Source: Planctomycetota bacterium (GTDB lineage Bacteria > Planctomycetota > UBA8108 > UBA1146). Taken from it: a stretch of 64,000 nucleotides of DNA. A model generated the notes under the pieces. That model ran no database searches and was not told the origin of the DNA. It saw nothing but the letters and a program-made list of their open reading frames with translations. Both the position numbers and the translations under genes were made by a program. This document shows, piece by piece, positions 48,112 to 56,176 of the stretch (position 1 is the stretch's first letter; every line of letters begins with the position of its first letter). The stretch spans positions 64,297-128,296 of the forward strand of contig JAAZXB010000005.1 in NCBI GenBank assembly GCA_014240375.1, given 5' to 3'.

Positions 48112-49460
48112 TGAAGCGCCGCGACGACTGTCGACCACTGATTCGGTTCTTGCTGTTGGTATTGTTGTGGCAACCACTGGCTCTGTTTGGAGCGTCCGAC
48201 GATGTTCAACGAGTCACGGTGATCCGTGCTTCTCGGGTGATCACTGGCACCGGTGAGGTGTTGGAGCCGGGTGAAGTGGTGATCGATGAGGGCAAGATCA
48301 CGCTGGTGGGCAACCAGCTGGAGTATCCGAAGAATTCCCGCATCATCGATGCTCCAGGCCAGACCTTGATGGCAGGGATGATCCTGGCGAGATCGAGTCA
48401 TGGACTTCAGAGCTTGTCGAAAAACGGAACCAACTGCAACTTGTCGCCGCTCAGGCAACTGAACGAAGAATTGATGCCATGGGAGGACTTTCTCGAGGCG
48501 GGCTTCGTTGCGGCATCTTTGGTTCCCTCAGGGTCGGGATTCCCGGGTCACGCAGTAGTGGTGAAGACGACACCAGACGATTCCGATCGAATCCTCAAGG
48601 CGGCCGCCTATCTCCCTCTCAACGGCAGATCTCCGAGAGGGATCTACACCTCGGTCGGGAAGGGCTTCGATGTGGCTCGCGGCGAGATCGAAAAGGTCAA
48701 GAAGGCGCGAGAGAAGTGGGACCAGGAGCAGGAAGCGGCGAAGAAGAAGGAACAAGAGGAGGCCAAGAAGGATGCTGGAGATGCCGCCGCAGGTGACAAA
48801 AAGAGCGACAAGCCCGCGACGGAAAAAGCAGACGATGGAAAGCCCAAGGAGTTTCAGCCACCAGAGATGAATCCTGCGGTGATCGCACTGGTCAAGATTC
48901 TCGAGGAGAAGGAGGATGCGCTTCCCATCGTATTTTCCGCCCAGACTCCTGGTTTGATCCTGCATCTCGATTCTGCCATCGCGAGTGTCAAGGAGCTGAA
49001 GGATCGAGATCCCCTGTCGATCTTCCAGTTGCCGGAGTCTCGCACCGGTGCATTTCACGAGGTTGTAGAACTTCTCACAGAGCGTAAGGCCACGGTTCTG
49101 GTCCCCCCTGCGCTCAGTGCGTTTCCGGATACTTACTCGAGAATCCACATTCCAGTGGTGCTGGCCAGGGGTGGTTGCACCGTGATCACGCTACCTGCAA
49201 CAGACAATTTTGCGGGAATGAGAGGGGTACCGGCGAAACTTGCCGAGTTGGTTCGCTACGGGCTTTCGCGCGAGGCCGCCCTCGCCTCGGTGACTCTGGA
49301 AGCGGCGCGATTGCTGGGACTCGATGATCGGATGGGAACAATTGAGGAGGGGAAAGAGCCTCACTTCGTTCTGTTCGACGCCGATCCCCTGGAGCCAGGT
49401 GCGCGGGTGATGAAGACCATCATCGCAGGCAAAGTGGTGTGGGATCGAGAGGATCGATGA
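48111..49460 (+). CDS. Amidohydrolase-fold protein 7 of the array, with a K/E-rich insert
   Basis: Signal peptide. APGQTLMAGMILARSSHGL. Insert KKKEQEEAKKDAGDAAAGDKKSDK. C-terminal GKEPHFVLFDADPLEPG. Confidence 0.55.
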   Translation: MKRRDDCRPLIRFLLLVLLWQPLALFGASDDVQRVTVIRASRVITGTGEVLEPGEVVIDEGKITLVGNQLEYPKNSRIIDAPGQTLMAGMILARSSHGLQSLSKNGTNCNLSPLRQLNEELMPWEDFLEAGFVAASLVPSGSGFPGHAVVVKTTPDDSDRILKAAAYLPLNGRSPRGIYTSVGKGFDVARGEIEKVKKAREKWDQEQEAAKKKEQEEAKKDAGDAAAGDKKSDKPATEKADDGKPKEFQPPEMNPAVIALVKILEEKEDALPIVFSAQTPGLILHLDSAIASVKELKDRDPLSIFQLPESRTGAFHEVVELLTERKATVLVPPALSAFPDTYSRIHIPVVLARGGCTVITLPATDNFAGMRGVPAKLAELVRYGLSREAALASVTLEAARLLGLDDRMGTIEEGKEPHFVLFDADPLEPGARVMKTIIAGKVVWDREDR

Positions 49461-50851
49461 TGATCAAAGACTTCAAATCTTCCCTGGTATTGCTGGCGGT
49501 TGCGCTGCTCGTGACCGACATCCCCTTCACTTCGGGAACTGTGGTACAGATCGCAGGAGTGGCCGAGGCGCAAGATCCTCCTCGTCGCCGCCGAGGTCGT
49601 CGACCACAACCGCCTCCACCCACACCTGTACCCGATGCGCCGGAGGAAGAACTCGACGATCCGCAAGGGGAGTACCTGGCGATCGAGGGAGCCACGATAC
49701 ACACCATCACCGGATCGGTGATTCGCGGCGGTACCGTGCTCTCTAAAGATGGCAAGATCGTCTCGATCGGGGTCGACATCGCGGTCCCCGATGAAGCGGA
49801 GAAGATCGATGCCAGCGGTCATCATCTCTATCCCGGACTGGTAGCGTTTCGATCCAATGGACTGGTCGGATCGGGAGAGGCGGAGTTGTCACAGGATCCA
49901 TTTGCACTGGGAACGGTCACAGGACTCGCGGCAGGGATCACCACTACGTGGAATGGTGGTCGAGTCACCAAGTTGATTCGTGGACAGGTCACCGATCTGA
50001 CCTTAAGACGTCAGTCCTTCATCTCGATCAGTTATCGCAGTGGTAATCCGGGCAAGAAGAGAGAGTTGAGAGAAGCATTCGAGAAGGTCCAGGAGCATCT
50101 CAGAAAAGTGGAGCAACATGCCCAGGAGAAGAAGGATAATCCGGATGCGAAGGCTCCCGATGATAAGTGGATCCGCGGAACCTATGCCACGGCTCGTTCC
50201 CTCTTGCTGGGGGATAAAGTAGCGATCTCCCGGGTATCCACCATCTTCGATCTGCGCGAAATCTGCCAGTTGGCCCGTCGATTTGGCTTCAAGATGATCA
50301 TCGAAGGGGCGGAGGAAGCATGGATCGAGCCGGGTCTACTGGCGCGATGCGGTGCTTCCGTTGTCCTCACACCTCGCTCTCGGAGGGATCGAGATGAGAG
50401 TCGAGCGGCCGCAGGAGGATCGAGCATCGAGAACGCAAAGATCCTTCACGAGAGTGGGGTTCCCATTTCCATCATGCCAGCGAGCGCAGGGATCGCTCTG
50501 TGGGGACTGGCGGGACGAGACCTCTCACACCTTCCACTGGAAGCGGCCTTTGCGGTTCGAGGTGGGCTTCCCGAGGATGCCGCGGTGGAGTCGATCACCA
50601 TCGAGCCCGCCAGGATGCTTGGCGTTGCCGATCGCATCGGATCGATCGAGGTGGGAAAAGATGCCGATTTCATCATCATGGATGGAGATCTGCTGTCTTA
50701 CATGTCGCATGTCCGCTGGGCCATCATCGATGGCAAGGTTCAGTACGACAAGATGGAAGAAGGATTACTCGACCATATCCGACCGGATGGAGAAGATGAT
50801 CCACCAGCGCCAGAAGACCACTGGCCGCGGAGACTGGGGGATCCTCTTTAA
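49457..50851 (+). CDS. Amidohydrolase-fold protein 8 of the array, with a Pro/Arg-rich N-terminal linker
   Basis: Start overlaps the previous stop (ATGA). Signal peptide, then QDPPRRRRGRRPQPPPPTPVPD. YPGLVAFRSNGL. C-terminal GKDADFIIMDGDLLS. Confidence 0.6.
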   Translation: MMIKDFKSSLVLLAVALLVTDIPFTSGTVVQIAGVAEAQDPPRRRRGRRPQPPPPTPVPDAPEEELDDPQGEYLAIEGATIHTITGSVIRGGTVLSKDGKIVSIGVDIAVPDEAEKIDASGHHLYPGLVAFRSNGLVGSGEAELSQDPFALGTVTGLAAGITTTWNGGRVTKLIRGQVTDLTLRRQSFISISYRSGNPGKKRELREAFEKVQEHLRKVEQHAQEKKDNPDAKAPDDKWIRGTYATARSLLLGDKVAISRVSTIFDLREICQLARRFGFKMIIEGAEEAWIEPGLLARCGASVVLTPRSRRDRDESRAAAGGSSIENAKILHESGVPISIMPASAGIALWGLAGRDLSHLPLEAAFAVRGGLPEDAAVESITIEPARMLGVADRIGSIEVGKDADFIIMDGDLLSYMSHVRWAIIDGKVQYDKMEEGLLDHIRPDGEDDPPAPEDHWPRRLGDPL

Positions 50852-51008
50852 CCGATCTGAAGCGACGGAGATGACCTCCCAATCGTGACCTACCGGATCA
50901 GTTGATGAAGGCACGGATTGACACAATTCGGCTAAACGGGACGATTAGAGTCAGTTCTGTCACCCTTCCTCGAGGTGACGTCCATCTCATGTCCCGAAAG
51001 ATCCACCG

Positions 51009-53066
51009 ATGCCAGCATCCCCCAGATCGCCGATCTCATCCATTCTGCTCGCTGCAGTGGTTGCGCTGATCGGTCTGATCTTGCCCTACGAGGAATTACC
51101 CGCACAGTGTTCCACCGGGGAAGTGGAAATCTTCGGGATCAGCGGTGGCGATTACCTCGGCCGATCGGTGGCCATCTCTGGAGGTCGATTATTCATCGGC
51201 GCCATCGGAGATGATGCGGGGGGAACCCTCAGCGGAAGCGTTCGAATTTACCGCAAAAGTGACAGCAGTTATCAACTCGAACAACTGTTGATCGGATCCG
51301 CTGAAGCACAGATCGGTGCTGCACTGGCGGCCGATGATTCGATGCTCGCGATCGGCGCAGTCGGTTCCGGGACCATCCAGATGTGGCAAAGAGACCGATT
51401 TGGCTGGAACCTGATCCAGGAACTCAGTGATCCACAGGGGCAGCAAGGCGATGGCTTTGGTTCTGCACTTTCACTCTCTGGCGACATTCTGGCGGCTGGC
51501 AGTCCATACTTTCAGTTTGGTTCTGAGCCGGTCGGCTGCGTCACCCTGTGGGTGAATGATCCGAACAACGGCTGGGTTCTTCAGGACCGATTGATGGCGA
51601 TCGATCGAGTTCCCGGCGATCAGTTTGGCACTTCTCTCGACCTCTCCGATTCATTGACTCTGCTGGTTGGGGCTCCGGGAAGAGATCATCTCGGACCCGA
51701 TACTGGAGCTGCATACCTCTTCTCCGGTGGCCAAGATGGTTGGATAGAGGAGCTCTCGATCGGAACCGGGGTTGCCAATCCAGGCGATCGTCTGGGAACG
51801 GCAGTGGCCATCTCGGATGATCATCTGCTTCTCGGTGCACCCTACTCCGATCTCGCAGGATCCGCCGCAGGAGCGGTCGCCAACTACCATCGAGTGGGCG
51901 AGCTGTGGGTGATCGGGCCTCATCTGGTACCTCCATCTGGAGCATCCGGATGTGCATTCGGCGCGGTGCTGGCACTGTCCGGCACGGTGCTCTCGGTCGG
52001 GGCTCCCACCGATACCGGAAGCGAAGCATTCCCTTCCGGTTCCATCTCTACCTATCGCTGGCAAGGAGACTGGCAACTGGAGGGAGTACGAATCGGCAAT
52101 TCGAGTTCTTTCCTCGGGTCGTCGGTGGCGGTCGATCATGGAGTCGTCATTGCGGGAGCACCGTTCGATTCGGAGATGGCCGCAGTGGGAGGAAATATCA
52201 CCCTCGATGTCTATGGTGATGACGATTGCGATCAAGATGGAGTGCTGGATTCCTGCGCCATCGCCCAGGGGATCGCAGAGGACTGCGATCTCGATGGAAT
52301 CGTCGATGGATGCGGAATCGCCGCCGGAGTCTCGGTCGATTGTGATGGAGATTTGATTCCAGACAGTTGTGCGACCGCCGAAGGATGGGTCGCCGATTGT
52401 GATGGCGATGGAATCCCCGATAGTTGCGCAGTCGCAACCGGACTGGTGACCGATTGTGATGACGATGGGATTCCAGATCCATGTCAGGAAGATTGCAATC
52501 AGAACTTGATTCCCGACAGTTGCGAAATTCTGGAAACGGGAGCCATCGACTGTGATCTCGATGGAGTGATCGATGCCTGTCAACTCATCAGCGGCAGCGA
52601 GACCGATTGCAACTCCAACGGAACCCTCGACTCCTGTGAGCCCGATTGTGATGCGGATGGGATCCCCGATGAATGCGAGATCAGTTCCGGAGCCGCAGAT
52701 GATTGCGACGGAAACCAGATACCGGACCTGTGCGATCTCGCCGATCCAGCCAATGACACCAACGGGAACGGTCAAATCGATCCCTGTGAGCCGCAGTTCA
52801 TCCGGGGAGATGCCGATGCCGTGGAAGGCGTTCGCCTCGCCGATGCGATACTGCTGATCGGAAGGGTGTTCGGAGAAGTCTCGATCCCATTTTGTCAGGA
52901 AGCGGCAGACGCCAATAGCGATGGTTTTCACGACATCTCGGATGGACTCTACCTGCTGATGTACCTGTTCCTCGGTGGTGAAGCGCCCTCGGCACCGTTT
53001 CCAGAGTGCGGGATCATCGGTTCCGATGCCGCCTTCACCTGCGACTTCCACCCTGCCTGCCCCTAG
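51009..53066 (+). CDS. Secreted FG-GAP (integrin-alpha-like beta-propeller) repeat protein with a tandem Cys-Asp repeat region and a C-terminal dockerin-like pair
   Basis: Signal peptide. Repeated FG...GxxGD/GDxxGxSV blades (IFGISGGDYLGRSVA, IGAIGDDAGG, and others). Then about 10 copies of DCDxDGIPDxC. C-terminus RLADAILLIGRVF ... DANSDGFHDISDGLYLLMYLF plus Cys tail. Confidence 0.6.
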   Translation: MPASPRSPISSILLAAVVALIGLILPYEELPAQCSTGEVEIFGISGGDYLGRSVAISGGRLFIGAIGDDAGGTLSGSVRIYRKSDSSYQLEQLLIGSAEAQIGAALAADDSMLAIGAVGSGTIQMWQRDRFGWNLIQELSDPQGQQGDGFGSALSLSGDILAAGSPYFQFGSEPVGCVTLWVNDPNNGWVLQDRLMAIDRVPGDQFGTSLDLSDSLTLLVGAPGRDHLGPDTGAAYLFSGGQDGWIEELSIGTGVANPGDRLGTAVAISDDHLLLGAPYSDLAGSAAGAVANYHRVGELWVIGPHLVPPSGASGCAFGAVLALSGTVLSVGAPTDTGSEAFPSGSISTYRWQGDWQLEGVRIGNSSSFLGSSVAVDHGVVIAGAPFDSEMAAVGGNITLDVYGDDDCDQDGVLDSCAIAQGIAEDCDLDGIVDGCGIAAGVSVDCDGDLIPDSCATAEGWVADCDGDGIPDSCAVATGLVTDCDDDGIPDPCQEDCNQNLIPDSCEILETGAIDCDLDGVIDACQLISGSETDCNSNGTLDSCEPDCDADGIPDECEISSGAADDCDGNQIPDLCDLADPANDTNGNGQIDPCEPQFIRGDADAVEGVRLADAILLIGRVFGEVSIPFCQEAADANSDGFHDISDGLYLLMYLFLGGEAPSAPFPECGIIGSDAAFTCDFHPACP

Positions 53067-56000
53067 AGGGTGACCACTTCTCCACTGCGTATCAGCAAGA
53101 TTCTCAATGCGATCATCGCTGGGTCGATTCCCCAGGTCCGCGACACTGCCATCCTGTAACTTTCCAGTTGCTCTCGGTGCTTCTCGGCAGCATCTGAAGC
53201 GCTGCCAGAAAACTGGTCAGTCTTGAAATCGATCACCTCTGCGGCGACCGCGACTCCGCCCCGTTCGAGAAGTACCAGCCGGTCGATGATTCCGTTGAGC
53301 AGATTCTGCTCGACCTCACAGGAGAAGGGGACCTCTCGCTCCAGGATCAGTTCATCATCCTGTTGGGCTCCCAGCCGTTGGAGAGTCGATTCTCGATCAA
53401 AGAGTTGCTGACAACCTTCTTGCTCGAGGCAGTGACCGATCAACTCGAGCGTCTCTTCAGTGAAAGATTCGAGGCGAGGTTGTTGTTTCTTCAGTGCTGC
53501 GGTCAGGTCCCTTGGTTCAGCCACTGCCCAGTCGATCTGTTCCAGCGCAAGGTGAGCCAGGGTGCCGAGTGATTGGGCATGAAGGGAACGACGTGAGGGA
53601 AATCTGGACGCATGCATCGAAGGGGTGATGGTGCTCCCTGTAGTGGAAGCCACGAGAGTGGGGATGGGAGCAACCTGAGAGGGAGCATCACCCTCACCGC
53701 TGATTCCTCCGACCACTGAAGTGTCTCCCTTTTCGAACAGAGTGGTCCCTGACACCAGAGGTTGCGATTGACCGAGGGTCGACCAGAGCAGGTAGGCAGC
53801 GGAAGCGATCGGTGGACGTGTGGCTGGAATGATCATCGTCAACGACCGCTTGGCCCTGGTCATCGCCACATAGAGGACACTCAGCGATTCTTGTAACTGA
53901 CGGCGGCGCGCCTGTCGATTCATCTCGGGGTAGGGGTGCTGGAGAATCTGCTGTTCCATTTTCTTGATGTAGCGGCTGAGCCACGGAGGATCGGTAGATT
54001 CTGAATCCCCTTTTCTCTCCAACAATTGTGGAAGGACTTTGAACCAGTCCGCTGAAAGTTCGGGCAGAATCACCACATCTCTCCCGAGCCCTTTGGCCTG
54101 GTGAACGGTCATCACCTGTACACGCGATCCGCTGGGAGATGCGAGGCGGTGTTTTCTCAGATGAGAGATCAATTCTTGCAGTCGCCCGCTGGCGGGTTTG
54201 CGGATGCGCACTTGCTCCATCATCTGATGAATTCGACTGCGGTCCTCGAGCGAGCAGATCTGTGCCAGTCCATCCGCCAGCGGAGCGATGGCATCGACGA
54301 TTCCCAGCTGATGAATCCGATCTCTCATCCGATTCGCGCCTTCCTCCGCAACCGCTGGATCAAGCCAGTCACCGCTGGGGAAACCTGCGAGTTTACTGGC
54401 GATTTTGGGTAGCGGAGATCTGGCCACGGCGAACCGCATCGTCGCATCCCCGGGGTGCTCGACCAGTTCCAGTAATGCCACCAACCGTCCGACTGCCGGC
54501 GAATCGACCAGCGGGTTTCCACCCTCCTCACTGGCATCGATGCCCCTCTCCTTGAGGGCGGCCACCATCTTGGCGATGTTCTTGTTCTTTCGGACCAGGA
54601 TGGCGATCGAAGCCTCCGGTGACTTCTGGATGACTCTTTCCACCTCCTCGATGGCGTCGATATAGGGGCAAATTTTGGGATCGCGCTCTGGATGCTCTCG
54701 AGCCACTCGTAACGCCACGTGACCCGGAGTGTCTCCCGGTCCGCCGGAGGCTGTGACATGGTCGTGGAAGTGCTCGCACCAGGAGACCACCGCCTCGCGA
54801 TCCTCTTCCAACCACTGGGTTAGAGGTAAGGAGGAGAAAACCTCGTTCACCCCATCGAGAATCTCCTGGGAGGAGCGGTACGATTCGTCGAGACTCATGC
54901 TCGATCCTGGAACCAGGTACTTTTCGAGCAGATCGAGGACCTCTGCTCGCCCTCCTCTCCAGCCGTAGATCGCCTGCTTCGGATCACCCACGCAGAAGAC
55001 CGTGCGCCCCTCTGCAGAATCACTGGCGACCTCCTCGATGAGTGGGCGAAGTGCAGCGAATTGCATCATCGAGGTGTCCTGAAACTCATCGAGTAGCAGG
55101 TGATGGGTCGATGCGTCGAGTCGATAGAGGATGGTGCCTGGAGAGGCGAGGACATCGGCGACGACCAGTGCCTGGGGTACATCCTGGTATCCCACTCCGC
55201 CTTGAGCGCGGAGTCCGATGGCCCTGAAATGATCGTAGTTCGCCAGCAACTCTCCGGTGGCAATGTTCTGGGAACGAATCACCGCGGCCATGCTGGCCCT
55301 GGCGCTGTGTACCAGCAACTCGACCGTCACTCGGAGTTCATCGGGGATATCGATGGAGTCGAACCGAGTCTCCGATTCGAGGACCTTTTTGGCGATTCCG
55401 GATTCGAATAGTTTCATCAGGTCGATCGATGCCGGTTCGTTGAACCATGAGCGGATCAACTCCAGGGATTTGTTCCAGTTCTTCTGAGGAGATCCACTCT
55501 TGGTCTTGGGGCACTCCACCGACTCGAACTGTTCACGGACCAATTGAATCTCTCGATCGCTGGGCGCAGCGATCGGCTCCGGATTCCTCCATGCCTCGGG
55601 AGGGAACTCGAGATACTTGTCGTGTGCGTTGGAAACGATCGCTTGCAACTGATTTGCCACCTGGCTCGAGGCACTTCCGCGGCTCAGCCTGTGCATCAGA
55701 AGTCGTGCTTCTGCTTCCGTACCCATCGATAGCAGCTTCTGGATCGCTCCGGCCTGGACCGCCTCCAGTTTTTCGGTCTCGAGAATCGTCCAGCCCGGGG
55801 GCAGCCCACATTCAAAGGCATGGGCAGTCGCCAGTCGCGCAAAGAAGGCATCCAGGGTCGATACATTGCAGCGATGTAACTCGCTGAGTAATCGTCGAAG
55901 TGCTGCTGCGATCTGCTCCTCACTGGGTTGTGGGAATCCTGCCGTCACCAGGGACGCTTGCAGTTCTTTCAGTGCAGCGGCACTTCTCGTGGCAGAGAGC

Positions 56001-56176
56001 ATCCTGCGCAGTACTCGCTCCATGATCTCACCAGCGGCGAGGCGGGTGAAGGTGACGGCGAGAATCCCGGAAGGATCTTCTCCCATCACCAGTAATCCGA
56101 TGAATCGACTGGTCAGCGAGTGAGTCTTGCCAGATCCGGCACTCGCCCGGATCAGTAAGTGAGGAGAGAAATTCAT
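53063..56176 (-). CDS. addA: AddA/RexA-like UvrD-family helicase with a C-terminal PD-(D/E)XK nuclease motif
   Basis: Walker A AGSGKTHSLT, UvrD motifs through the central region, C-terminal GIIDRLVLL...VIDFKTD nuclease motif. Confidence 0.7.
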   Translation of the reverse strand: MNFSPHLLIRASAGSGKTHSLTSRFIGLLVMGEDPSGILAVTFTRLAAGEIMERVLRRMLSATRSAAALKELQASLVTAGFPQPSEEQIAAALRRLLSELHRCNVSTLDAFFARLATAHAFECGLPPGWTILETEKLEAVQAGAIQKLLSMGTEAEARLLMHRLSRGSASSQVANQLQAIVSNAHDKYLEFPPEAWRNPEPIAAPSDREIQLVREQFESVECPKTKSGSPQKNWNKSLELIRSWFNEPASIDLMKLFESGIAKKVLESETRFDSIDIPDELRVTVELLVHSARASMAAVIRSQNIATGELLANYDHFRAIGLRAQGGVGYQDVPQALVVADVLASPGTILYRLDASTHHLLLDEFQDTSMMQFAALRPLIEEVASDSAEGRTVFCVGDPKQAIYGWRGGRAEVLDLLEKYLVPGSSMSLDESYRSSQEILDGVNEVFSSLPLTQWLEEDREAVVSWCEHFHDHVTASGGPGDTPGHVALRVAREHPERDPKICPYIDAIEEVERVIQKSPEASIAILVRKNKNIAKMVAALKERGIDASEEGGNPLVDSPAVGRLVALLELVEHPGDATMRFAVARSPLPKIASKLAGFPSGDWLDPAVAEEGANRMRDRIHQLGIVDAIAPLADGLAQICSLEDRSRIHQMMEQVRIRKPASGRLQELISHLRKHRLASPSGSRVQVMTVHQAKGLGRDVVILPELSADWFKVLPQLLERKGDSESTDPPWLSRYIKKMEQQILQHPYPEMNRQARRRQLQESLSVLYVAMTRAKRSLTMIIPATRPPIASAAYLLWSTLGQSQPLVSGTTLFEKGDTSVVGGISGEGDAPSQVAPIPTLVASTTGSTITPSMHASRFPSRRSLHAQSLGTLAHLALEQIDWAVAEPRDLTAALKKQQPRLESFTEETLELIGHCLEQEGCQQLFDRESTLQRLGAQQDDELILEREVPFSCEVEQNLLNGIIDRLVLLERGGVAVAAEVIDFKTDQFSGSASDAAEKHREQLESYRMAVSRTWGIDPAMIALRILLIRSGEVVTL

